From Candidatus Dormiibacterota bacterium (GTDB lineage: Bacteria; Chloroflexota; Dormibacteria; Aeolococcales; Aeolococcaceae): a stretch of 64,000 nt of DNA. Shown here in pieces: positions 27,566 through 37,333 of the stretch (its first letter is position 1; the number at the start of each line of letters is the position of its first letter). The position numbers and the translations under genes are program-made. The DNA is taken from NCBI GenBank assembly GCA_003153125.1, contig PLWW01000018.1, forward strand, positions 2,723-66,722. Direction: 5' to 3'. The notes under the pieces were generated by a model. It had not been told where the DNA came from. It was given only the letters and a program-made list of their open reading frames with translations, and did no database searches.

Positions 27566-28156
27566 ATGAATCAGCAGGGGAGAATCGCGGTGAGCGAAGT
27601 TCGTGGGGTGACCATCTGGTTCACCGGGATGAGCGGCGCGGGCAAGTCGACCATTTCTGAGGGAGTGCTCGGCGAGCTGAGAGCCCGGAGCACGCGCGTG
27701 GAGTTGCTCGACGGCGACCTGGTCCGGCAGAACCTCAGCAAGGGTCTCGGTTTCTCCAAGGAGGACCGCGACATCAACATCCGGCGCATCGGTTTTGTCG
27801 CCGACCTGCTGACCCGCAATGGCGTCACCGTCCTGGTGGCCGCCATCTCGCCGTACCGCGAGGCGCGCGACGAGGTTCGCGCCCAGATCGGCGACTTCCT
27901 CGAGATCCATGTCGCCGCCACGCTCGATACGCTTGTGGACCGTGACGTCAAGGGCCTCTACCGCAAGGCGCTCGCCGGCGAGCTCGCCAACTTCACCGGC
28001 GTCTCCGATCCCTACGAGGCCCCCGCCGACCCTGAGCTGGTGATCCACACCGACCACGAGGACGTGCAACTGTCGATCAAGCGTGTCCTCGACCTTCTCG
28101 ACGACTTCATCGCCGAGCGCGACGGCGACGGCCTGCGCCGGGAGAGCGCCGGCTGA
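27566..28156 (+). CDS. cysC: Adenylyl-sulfate (APS) kinase
   Basis: P-loop GMSGAGKST, the LDGD motif and ISPYREARD, which is the classic APS kinase signature. Divergent from sat. Confidence 0.9.
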   Translation: MNQQGRIAVSEVRGVTIWFTGMSGAGKSTISEGVLGELRARSTRVELLDGDLVRQNLSKGLGFSKEDRDINIRRIGFVADLLTRNGVTVLVAAISPYREARDEVRAQIGDFLEIHVAATLDTLVDRDVKGLYRKALAGELANFTGVSDPYEAPADPELVIHTDHEDVQLSIKRVLDLLDDFIAERDGDGLRRESAG

Positions 28157-28166
28157 GCGCCCTGGG

Positions 28167-29720
28167 TCAGTAGGAACCGCGGGCGGCGATCAGCGCGGGG
28201 ATCGTCTTGGCGAGGATGTAGAGGTCCATGACCACGGACCAGTTCTCCACGTAGAACAGGTCGTACCTCATGTAGTCCTCGAACACCAGTTCGTGCCTGC
28301 CGTTCACCTGCCACAGCCCGGTGAGGCCGGGCTTGACGCGCAGCCGCTGCAAGAAGCGCTCGTCGTAGTTCAGCGTCTCCTGGGGCAGCGCAGGCCGGGG
28401 CCCGACGAGGCTCATGTCGCCGCTGAGGACATTGAATAGCTGCGGGAGCTCGTCGATCGCGAACCGTCGCAGCTGCCGGCCAATCCGGGTCACGCGCGGA
28501 TCGGCCCGCATCTTGAAGAGGAGCCCGTCGGCCTCGTTCTGGTCGTGGAGCTGGTGGCGGAGATCCTCGGCGTTGACCACCATGGTGCGGAATTTGCACA
28601 TCATGAAGGTGCGGCCTTCGGCGCCCACCCGCTCCTGGCGGAAGAGCACGGGGCCCCTGCTGGTGAGGCGGACCAGTGCGCCGATGACCAGCATCGGCAC
28701 GGCGGCGACCACCAGCATCGCGGAGGCGATGGTCACGTCGAGGACCCGCTTGAGGAACCGCGCCCGCGACGAGAAGCGCTGGCGGCGCAGCGAGAAGAGC
28801 GCCATCCCGTCGAGCGGCTCGACGACGGCGCGCGACGCCGCGAGGTTGGTGAGGCCCGACGACACCCGCACGGAGATGTCGGTGCCGGCCAGGGCGGTGT
28901 CGATCTGCTGGAGCATGCCGCCGCCGACGGCGCTGCCGGCGATGATCACGATCCGCGCGTCGAGACGCTCCGCGACCTCCCCGATCGTGTCGACCGTGCC
29001 CAGAACGGCGAGTCCGTCGACCGTGGTCACGCCCGCATTGGTGACCTCGATGAAGCCACGGACGTCGTATCCCAGCCAGCGTCGCCGCGCAAGTGTCCGC
29101 GCCATCGCTCGGGCCTCGTCATTGCAGCCCACGATGATGGTGGGCTGGCTGGTGATGAAGCGGGCGTTGAGAGCGTGGTTGATGCGCCGCACCAGCATCC
29201 GGCCGCCGATCGTGGTCGCCAGTGATACGGCCAGCAGAGAGGCGATGAAGCTGCGCGAGATGTTGAGCTTGGCGCCGAACGCGACCAGCACGACCACGAG
29301 CACAGAGAAGATGACTGCGTGGAAGAGCTGGCGCATCTCCGCGGTGACGTGGGTGGAGCGGCGGAAGTCGTAGAGGCCGTAGACGCCGAAGATGACCGGC
29401 CACGCCGCAACCGTCAGGAAGAGCGTCGAGTCGATCGGGTCGAGCAGGTCCGTGCCGAGGTTCAGGTGGCTGTGGATCCCCTTGGCGGCGAGGTATGCCA
29501 CCAGGACCGCGAGCACGTCGACGACCACCGTGAGCACCAGGAGCCCGAACATCCAGCGATGGCGATGCGCATGGCGTTCCGCGCCCGCCGGGGCGGCCGC
29601 GATTCCACCGCCAAGGGCGACCGGGTGACCGACCAGCTCGGCTTGCGAGATGTCGCCCCCTGCCCAGGTATCGGCTTGAACCTGTCCGGGTGTCCCTATC
29701 AGATCGACCACGGCTCCCAC
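28167..29720 (-). CDS. Polyprenyl-phosphate glycosyl-1-phosphate transferase (WbaP/CpsE bacterial sugar transferase, priming enzyme)
   Basis: An N-terminal TM bundle plus the C-terminal catalytic domain ...RVKPGLTGLWQVNGRHELVFEDYMRYDLFYVENWSVVMDLYIL... Confidence 0.85.
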   Translation of the reverse strand: MGAVVDLIGTPGQVQADTWAGGDISQAELVGHPVALGGGIAAAPAGAERHAHRHRWMFGLLVLTVVVDVLAVLVAYLAAKGIHSHLNLGTDLLDPIDSTLFLTVAAWPVIFGVYGLYDFRRSTHVTAEMRQLFHAVIFSVLVVVLVAFGAKLNISRSFIASLLAVSLATTIGGRMLVRRINHALNARFITSQPTIIVGCNDEARAMARTLARRRWLGYDVRGFIEVTNAGVTTVDGLAVLGTVDTIGEVAERLDARIVIIAGSAVGGGMLQQIDTALAGTDISVRVSSGLTNLAASRAVVEPLDGMALFSLRRQRFSSRARFLKRVLDVTIASAMLVVAAVPMLVIGALVRLTSRGPVLFRQERVGAEGRTFMMCKFRTMVVNAEDLRHQLHDQNEADGLLFKMRADPRVTRIGRQLRRFAIDELPQLFNVLSGDMSLVGPRPALPQETLNYDERFLQRLRVKPGLTGLWQVNGRHELVFEDYMRYDLFYVENWSVVMDLYILAKTIPALIAARGSY

Positions 29721-30190
29721 TCCCCCCTTATCGGTGCTCTGTCACACCCGATCGCGGAAGTGTAACGATGGGTCGGGGACGGTGTCAATGACGCGTCTGG
29801 CGTGGTTGACTGCTTCTTCGCCGTCGCCGGCCGAGCGGTCGCCCGCCGCCGCATCGCGGCCCCCTCCTCTATAGACTGAGGCGACCAGGGACGACCAGGG
29901 ACATGGTGCCGGCGGACGGTACGGGGCTTCCCGGCGGGCTGACCTGATCTTGGGCAGACAGCTTCGACGACCTGGCGGAGACAGACGTCAGCGTACCCGG
30001 CTCCGTATGGCCCGCCCGCGCGCTAGCATCGCATGACCCGATTGATACGTTCGCCGGGATTGGCTTGTTGACAAGGTGGCTCACTTCAGGTCAAACTCTC
30101 GCAACGGCTCCGTCACATCGGGGCGCCGCGGGGGGGAAACCACGCGGGGGAAGGTATTCGGACGCGTCAAAGGGGGTCGCAGACAGGGCT

Positions 30191-31630
30191 ATGCAGGGAT
30201 TCATCTCCAAGTGCTCTGGCGCCGTAGTCGGGATTGCCACTGTTGCTGTCCTGGCGGGCTGCGGCGCGACCATGAACGGCGCTGTCCTGGGCATCCCGCC
30301 GACGAGCGCTCCGGGCGCCGTGCTCAGCGCCACCGATCCCGCGATCGGCGCCTTCCAGCAGAACCTGATCAATGAGTTGAACCTGGTGGCTGCGACCGGC
30401 GGCGCACGCGAGTCCCAGCTGCTCCAGGCGGAGTTCAACGCGCTCGCCAACGACCATTCGTTGATCGGGTTCGAGAAGATCACCGCGCTCCAGAAGTTCG
30501 GCGAGGCGCAGATCGCCAGCCGCGAGCAGTCGATTGCCGCGGACATCTCGACTGTCCAGGCGCTCCAGCACATCGGCGGCGCCCAACGCGCGGCTCTGAT
30601 TTCCAACCTGCAAACCGTCAGCGCACGCCTGTCGGCGCTGGGCGCGCAGATCGCCCAGACGGCCTTCGTCGACATGCTCAGGACCGAGACGCTGTCGATC
30701 GCGACCAGCAGCAACGTGAATGGGACAGTGGAGCCGATCGTGCACCTTGCCTCGGCGGCCGATTCGATGCTGGCCGAAGCGAGCCTGCTCGCTCAGCACG
30801 GTCAGCAGTTCAACGCCGCGATCGTGCAGAACGCGTCAACGGACCCGAACCACGGTCTCGAGGTCGCTGCCTTCCAGGACCTGCAGCGCAGCGTCTCGTC
30901 GATGTCCTACACGGCCAACGCCGCGCTCAACGCGGTGATCCCCCTGGTCCTCGCCCCCGACTCCGTCTCGGTCACCACGATCAACAACGAGCGTTCGCTC
31001 ATGTCGTCGGAACTGGGCTCGTTCGGAGCTCTGACGGGCGCACAGGCCGACATCAACAGCCTCCGCGGTTGGGTGAAGCCGATCGCGGCACCGGCGGCCG
31101 CCGTGGCGCTCCCGGTCGCCATCTGGGGCACGCCTCCGCCGGCGCCGGCGCCCACGCCGGTGGCAACGCCGCTGCCGACACTGCTGCCGACGGCCACGCC
31201 GACGCCTGTGTCCACACCTTTGCCGACACCGGTGCCGACCGCCGCGCCGACACCTGTGCCGACCGCCGCGCCGACACCTGTGCCCACGCCAGTGCCAACA
31301 CCCGTGCCGACGGCGGTGCCAACCGACACGCCGACGCCTGTGCCGGCACCAGCCACCGGAACGCTCAGTGGAACAGTGGCTGACTCGGTCGGTCCGGTCG
31401 TGGGGGCCAGCGTCACCTATACGGGCGTCGTCGACCAACAGAACACCTACACCGTGACCACAGACGTGAACGGGTACTACTACTTCGGCCCGATGCTCGC
31501 GGAGGACTACACAGTCACGGTAACGGGGGCCAATGATGACTCGCAGACGTCGACCGTCACCGTGCCGGCGGGCAGCGCGACGTGGAATTTCACTCTAACC
31601 GCGACGACGCCGTCGCCGTCACCAACTTAG
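30191..31630 (+). CDS. Secreted lipoprotein with a Pro/Thr-rich linker and a C-terminal CarboxypepD_reg-like beta-sandwich domain
   Basis: Lipobox VLAGCGA, a helical N-terminal region, a PTPVPT linker (about 31140-31370) and the terminal domain [21 protein letters not shown]...[18 protein letters not shown]. Confidence 0.6.
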   Translation: MQGFISKCSGAVVGIATVAVLAGCGATMNGAVLGIPPTSAPGAVLSATDPAIGAFQQNLINELNLVAATGGARESQLLQAEFNALANDHSLIGFEKITALQKFGEAQIASREQSIAADISTVQALQHIGGAQRAALISNLQTVSARLSALGAQIAQTAFVDMLRTETLSIATSSNVNGTVEPIVHLASAADSMLAEASLLAQHGQQFNAAIVQNASTDPNHGLEVAAFQDLQRSVSSMSYTANAALNAVIPLVLAPDSVSVTTINNERSLMSSELGSFGALTGAQADINSLRGWVKPIAAPAAAVALPVAIWGTPPPAPAPTPVATPLPTLLPTATPTPVSTPLPTPVPTAAPTPVPTAAPTPVPTPVPTPVPTAVPTDTPTPVPAPATGTLSGTVADSVGPVVGASVTYTGVVDQQNTYTVTTDVNGYYYFGPMLAEDYTVTVTGANDDSQTSTVTVPAGSATWNFTLTATTPSPSPT

Positions 31631-31694
31631 ACACCAGGCGGCTACAGACACAGAACAGACAACGGATTTGCCGTTGCAATCAGGGGGGGAAGGG

Positions 31695-32484
31695 GATGAA
31701 CATGAACATGGGCACATGGCTCAGGAAGTCAGGTGGAGTGGCCGCGCTTGGAGGCGCCGGGCTGTTCGCATTTTCGCTCGCGGCGTCGCCAGCACTGGCG
31801 GCGGGCAACCCGAACTTCGACGGCGTGCTCGCCGCATCGAGCCCGACGGGGTTTCCAACAAGCCCGGCTTCGCTGGACGTGTCGTCCGGTCCGGTGAGCC
31901 TGCACTTCGACACGCTGGTCACCAACCTGACCACGGAACACCAGAACGTGGCGCTGAACTTCTCGGTGGACCACATCGTCACGCTCAACGGCGTCAACGT
32001 CGCTGACGGCCAGCCGGGCAAGCCGGGAATCACCTTCAACGGGCCTGCGGGCACCGTCCAGCAGGAGATGGCGGGGCGCCAGTCGTTCACGCTGAGCCTC
32101 AACGCCTCGGAGAAGAACCAGAAGCTGGATCTCACCCGCACCATGTCGGCCTGCGGTTACTACCAGATCGATGTGTGGGCGCCTGAAACCGGCCCGAACG
32201 CTCCTCGCCATCGGGAGACCCTCGCGTCTGGCTTCATTCGCGTTCTTGGCTGCAGCAGCACGCAGCCAACTCCGTCGCCCACGCCCACGAGCAGCGTCCA
32301 GGGCATCACCAGCCCACCCAGCCCCGACGGCGCTGGCGGTGGCGGCGTCCAGGCCGTGACCAGCCCGTCGACTGGCGCTGACATCCTTGGACCCGGAGCG
32401 GGCGGCCTCGCCCTGGTGACCGTCGGACTCGGGCTGGTCGTTGCCGGCGCGCGTCGCAAGAACCTCAAGCGCGAGGCTCCCTGA
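31695..32484 (+). CDS. Cell-surface hypothetical protein with a C-terminal TM anchor and basic tail
   Basis: Shine-Dalgarno GGGGGAAGGGG then ATG. Signal peptide AFSLAASPALAAG. A PT-rich stretch. The C-terminus is ...GLALVTVGLGLVVAGARRKNLKREAP, sorting-signal-like but without a canonical LPXTG. Confidence 0.55.
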
Positions 32485-32490
32485 CCGAAC

Positions 32491-33585
32491 ATGGAAATCA
32501 AGGACTATCTCCGAGCGATTCGACGCTGGTTGTGGATGCCCATCGTTCTGCCCCTCGTCGCCGGGGCGGGAACGGGTGTGCTCCTCCTCAAGCAGCCGCT
32601 GCAGTACCAGGCAGACGCGACCGTCGTCGTCCCCGCCGTGAGCGCCCGTGGGTTCTCGACGAGCGCGGCCGCGCAGTACGTGGCCACCTTCAAGGACGTG
32701 CTGGTCTCCGCGCCACTGGTCTCGGAGGTGTCGAAGGCAACCGGCGTGCCGACCAAGGACCTCGTCAGCGGTCTGACGGCGTCGACGGTCACGGTGTCGA
32801 GCAACATCATCCACGTCACCTACATCGGCTACCAGAAGAACAACGCCAGCAAGGTGGCCGAGCTGGCCACGCGCGACACACTCGACATCGTCGCGCAGCC
32901 CCAGTTGCAGCAGGCCCAGGCGGCGGTCGCCTCATCCTCGGCCCAGCTCAGGGCTGCCGACGACGCCATCAACGCCTTCACCAACAGCAGCGGGCAGGTG
33001 CAGCCTGACGTGGCCTTCCGCACCAAGCAGGCGGAGCTGCTGTCGCTGCAGCTGCAACTGCAGCAGACGCAGATCGCCGGTGACGTGCCGCGTGCAACGC
33101 TTCTGCAGTCGGTCATCACCCAGCGCATCGCGGAGCTGAGCCAGCTGGCCGCGCAGCTCAATCAGTACACCTCGCTGACACAGGCCAGGCAGCAGGCCGT
33201 GACGGTCGCCTCGCACGACCAGCAGCTGCTCGGCGACGCCCAGGCACTCCTGAGCGCCGACCATCTTCCCAACACCGTGACGGTGGCGGATATTGGCAAG
33301 CTCTCCCGCTCCGGCAACATCCTCAAGTTCAGTGCCATCGCGGCGGCCGTCGCCCTGATCATGGCGCTCGCGCTCATCCTTCTCATGGAGCTGATGCGGT
33401 ACCGGCGCCCCGCGGTCGCCGGAAGCGGCGGACAGCTGCTCACTCCTACGACGGCGGGAACGGTGGCGGCACCGCTGACCGCGACTGACGCAGTTCCCAG
33501 CAGCAACGGCGCGCACGTCCACGCGGACGATCCCGATGGCGAGCGCGACCTGGTCACCTCCGCGGGCCCGAAGGCGCGCAGGTAG
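32491..33585 (+). CDS. Wzz-like polysaccharide co-polymerase (chain-length determinant, PCP without a kinase domain)
   Basis: An N-terminal TM, a long Gln/Ala-rich coiled-coil periplasmic region and a second TM near the C-terminus (IAAAVALIMALALILLMEL). Confidence 0.7.
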   Translation: MEIKDYLRAIRRWLWMPIVLPLVAGAGTGVLLLKQPLQYQADATVVVPAVSARGFSTSAAAQYVATFKDVLVSAPLVSEVSKATGVPTKDLVSGLTASTVTVSSNIIHVTYIGYQKNNASKVAELATRDTLDIVAQPQLQQAQAAVASSSAQLRAADDAINAFTNSSGQVQPDVAFRTKQAELLSLQLQLQQTQIAGDVPRATLLQSVITQRIAELSQLAAQLNQYTSLTQARQQAVTVASHDQQLLGDAQALLSADHLPNTVTVADIGKLSRSGNILKFSAIAAAVALIMALALILLMELMRYRRPAVAGSGGQLLTPTTAGTVAAPLTATDAVPSSNGAHVHADDPDGERDLVTSAGPKARR

Positions 33586-33624
33586 TCTCGGATCTCCCCG
33601 CCCGCCCGTCGGGCGGGGAGGATT

Positions 33625-35566
33625 CGTGCCAGATATGCCGACAACAGTTCTCTACATTGCGGGTACTGGGCGGAGCGGGAGCACCGTCCTCGCCAACCTG
33701 CTGGGCGAGGTCGACGGCTTCTTCGCGGCTGGCGAGGTGCGCTTTCTGTGGCAGCGGGGTCTCGTCGAGAATCGCCTCTGCGGGTGCGGCGCCCCGGTGT
33801 CCGAGTGCGCCGTGTGGCGCGAGGTCTTCGAGGTGGCGGCGCGCCGCGGCGCACCGGTCGACGCGGCCGCGATGGTCCGCAGGCTTCGTGACACCGGTCG
33901 CATCCGGCACCTCCCAGCGATGGTCGCGGGACGGCTGATCCCGCGCCTGGACCCGACGTGCGCCGAGTCGGCCGCCCCCGAGCGCGCGGCCCTCGCAGCT
34001 CTGTACCCGGCGATCGCCGCGGTGACCTCAAGCCGGGTCGTCGTCGATTCGTCGAAGCTGCCCGCATATGCTGCGCTGCTGGCGGCGACGCCCGGGATCG
34101 ACCTGCGCGTCGTCCACCTGGTGCGCGACCCGCGCGGCGCCGCCCACTCCTGGTCGAGCCACAAGCCGCTGACCGACGGCGCCGCCCGCACCCACATGGA
34201 GGAGATCGGGCCGGCCAAGAGCTCGGCGCTCTGGGACGTCTGGAACCTCGCCGGTGAGGCCCTCCTCGATCGCGGACCGGGTCGATACCTGCGCCTGCGC
34301 TACGAGGACTTCATCGCCGAGCCCGAGGCGGCGCTGAGCCGGATCCTGGTCATGGCCGGAGCTGCGGACAGCGCCATGCCGACGGTGGCAGGCGGCACCG
34401 TGCACCTCCACCCCAACCACAGTGTCGCGGGCAACCCGGACCGCCTCCGCAGCGGCATCGTCAGGCTCCGGCCCGACACCCGCTGGCTCACCGAGATGCC
34501 CGCGCGCGACCGCCGCCTGGTGAGCGCCGCAACAGCACCCCTGTTGCTCCGTTACGGCTACCGGTTGCGCGTCGACCGCCCCTCGGGGCCGGCGACTGCG
34601 GCGGCGACCGTGGAGACCATCTTCGACCGCGTGCCCGCGGGAGGCAGCGCCACGCGCAGGATGGTCCTGAAGCTCCGCCGCCACCTTCGCTGGGGACGGA
34701 CCGAGGGTTTCGGCCGCCTCGTGGAGGAGGACGAACTCAACCCGGTGACGCGCCTGCGCGTCGCCGCGGAGAAGCTCGCCTGGCGCCGTTCCCATCCGCA
34801 GCCGGCTGGCTCAGCCACACCTGTGTACCTCGTGGGCCTGCAGCGCTCCGGCACCAACATGCTGGCGCGCGGGCTCGACACCGCCCCCGAGTTCGAGGTC
34901 CGCAACGAGAACGACCGCGAGGCCTTCAACCTCTTCCAACTCCGGTCCGACGCCGTGGTCGAGCGCATCGTGCTGGCCAGCCGCCAGCGCTACGTGCTCT
35001 TCAAGCCACTCTGCGACTCACACCGCGTCGACCACCTGCTGGACAACGTCAGCACCCCCTCGCCGGGACGGGCGATCTGGGCGTACCGTGACGTCGACGG
35101 CCGGGTGCGCTCAGCGGTCAGCAAGTTCGGGCGCAACAACCTGCTCGTGCTCGGCGACATCGCGGCCGGGCGCGGCGGCGGCATGTGGCAGGCCCAACGC
35201 CTGGCTGACGAGACACTCGCTGTGATCTCCAGCTTCGACTACTCGACGATGACCCCCGAGACCGCCGCGGCGTTGATGTGGTGGATGCGCAACGGGCTGT
35301 ACTTCGAGCTCGGCCTCGACAAGCGCGACGATGTGCTCCTGGCCTCGTACCAGGACCTGTTGCACGATCCGCCCGGGGCCATGGGCGCGATCTGTTCCTT
35401 CCTCGACCTCCCCTACCGGCCCGGCCTGGTCGCCCACCTGAGGGCGCCGTCGCCGGGCGGCCCGAGGCGGCTGGACATCGACCCCCGCGTGCGACTCCTG
35501 TGTGATCAGCTGGCGGTACGTCTCGACGACGTGCAGCGTCGCCATCGGCAGCAGTGGGCGGCGTGA
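33625..35566 (+). CDS. Tandem double-domain sulfotransferase (two PAPS-dependent sulfotransferase modules in one polypeptide)
   Basis: Two 5'-PSB P-loop-like motifs: YIAGTGRSGSTVLANLLG at the N-terminus and YLVGLQRSGTNMLARGLD at about residue 420. Each is followed by sulfotransferase-like segments (VVHLVRDPRGAAHSW; RYVLFKP...IWAYRDVDGRVRS). Confidence 0.75.
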
Positions 35567-37212
35567 GCGGAGACCCCGAGGACGACCCACCCGTTGGCAA
35601 CGCGAGGAACTCCGATCGTGCGGTGATCCGCCAGTCTGGCTTGACGGGAATCGCCGCCGGCGCCAGCGTCGCCTTCGGGCTGCTCCTCGACATCACCATC
35701 GCCGCGCGTTTCGGGGCGGGACGGGCCACCGACTCGTTCTTCGTGGCCGCACGCATCCCACTGGGGTTGGTCGCCGTCGTCCTGGTCGTCGCCAACCAGG
35801 CGCTCGTGCCGGCGTTCAGCACTTCGATCACCAGGAACGGCTATGCCGCCACCAGCAAGCTGGTGTCGCGCATCGTCGGCACCGTGCTCGTCTCCGGGGC
35901 GGCGCTCCTCCTGGTGGTCTCGCTTCTCGCCCATGAGCTGATCCGGGTCACCGCCCCCGGCATCTCGGAGTCCGAGGTGACCACCGCCGCGTCGATGGTG
36001 CCGATCGTCTTCGGCATCGTGCCGCTCATCGCCGTCTCCGAGGTGATGCGGGCATTCCTGAACGCGCGCTACGCGTTCATCGCACCGGCACTGATGAACG
36101 TCGTGCTCAGCGGCGTCGCCGCCTGCGTCATCCTGTTCAGCCCGCGTCACAACATCACGGTGGTGGCCTTCGGTTACCTCGCCGGTGCCGTCTGCCAGGT
36201 GTCGTTCACGGTGGCCATGGCAACGCGACGTGGCCTGCGCCTCCGGCCGGCGCTCGACCCGCGCAACCGCGAGCTGCGCGCCATCGGCAAGCTCTCACTG
36301 CGGCCCTTCGCGGCCGCGGGCCTCAACCCGGTGGCCCGCCTCGGCGAACAGCTGATGGTGTCCTTCCTGCCCCCCGGGTCCATCACCATCCTCAACTACG
36401 GCTACCGGCTCATCTCCGCCATCGGCGGCACCATCTTCTTTCGTTCGGTGGTGGTGGCCATCGTGCCGCGGCTCACTGAGGCGCACCTGCGCGGTGACAA
36501 CAGGGAGACGCTGCGCATCACCGGCCTGGGCATGCGCATCATGCTGGCGCTGAGCGTCCCGCTCACCGTGTTCATGGCGGTGCTCGCCAAACCGGCTGCC
36601 CTCGCGGTGTTCCAGCGCGGCAACTTCACACACGCGAGCGCGTCTCTCCTGGGCGTGGTCCTGGCCGTGTACTCGATCAGCTTGGTCGGCTCGGCGCTGC
36701 AGCGCGTCCTGCTCTCGCCGTTCTTCGCGAAGCTCGACACGCGCACGCCGCTGCGCAACACGATCTACGGGGTCGCCGCCAACCTCGTCCTGCTGCCCCT
36801 GCTCACGCTGCCCTTCGGGTGGGGCAACCCCAACGCCATCATCGGGATCGCGCTTGCGTACTCGCTCGCCCAGTTTGTCAACGTGGCCCACGCCGGCTAC
36901 CGATTGCGCAGCACCATCGGGTCGCCGGTGCGCGGCATCGGACGCCTGGCCCCGCGCCTGGTCGCGGCGTCGGCGATCAGCGGAGGGGCAATGGTCGCGG
37001 CGGTGATGCTCTTCCAGCTCGACGACGGGCTGTCGCGCGGCACGCTGTTGTTGCGCACGGCGCTGACAGGCCTCGGCGGAGCGCTCATCCTCGCAGCCGC
37101 GATGATGCTGCTCGCCGGCAAGGACCTGTCGAGCACCTGGCGGTCGCTGCGCCGCCAGCCAGCGACTCACGCGCTCCAGTCCGAGGCTGAAAGCTTGTCA
37201 GGCGCGCCGTGA
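35554..37212 (+). CDS. MurJ/MviN (MOP superfamily) flippase-like membrane protein
   Basis: 14 or more TM helices and a MurJ-like N-terminal region (DSFFVAARIP...). The GTG start overlaps the sulfotransferase stop by 13 nt. Confidence 0.8.
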   Translation: MGGVSGDPEDDPPVGNARNSDRAVIRQSGLTGIAAGASVAFGLLLDITIAARFGAGRATDSFFVAARIPLGLVAVVLVVANQALVPAFSTSITRNGYAATSKLVSRIVGTVLVSGAALLLVVSLLAHELIRVTAPGISESEVTTAASMVPIVFGIVPLIAVSEVMRAFLNARYAFIAPALMNVVLSGVAACVILFSPRHNITVVAFGYLAGAVCQVSFTVAMATRRGLRLRPALDPRNRELRAIGKLSLRPFAAAGLNPVARLGEQLMVSFLPPGSITILNYGYRLISAIGGTIFFRSVVVAIVPRLTEAHLRGDNRETLRITGLGMRIMLALSVPLTVFMAVLAKPAALAVFQRGNFTHASASLLGVVLAVYSISLVGSALQRVLLSPFFAKLDTRTPLRNTIYGVAANLVLLPLLTLPFGWGNPNAIIGIALAYSLAQFVNVAHAGYRLRSTIGSPVRGIGRLAPRLVAASAISGGAMVAAVMLFQLDDGLSRGTLLLRTALTGLGGALILAAAMMLLAGKDLSSTWRSLRRQPATHALQSEAESLSGAP

Positions 37213-37333
37213 TCCCATACAATCAAAGACGAATCGGCGTCCGCCTTCGCGTTCCGCGATGGTCAGGGCTCCGCGGGGAAGGGGAATCACGTGATGCCGG
37301 AAGGCTCTGTCCAATGTACCGGTATGTGATCTG

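Noticed and set aside
29869-30084. 71-aa ORF in the large intergenic region upstream of the polysaccharide operon
   Set aside because: No RBS, Ser/Pro-rich low-complexity translation, and it overlaps the likely promoter region; treated as non-coding.
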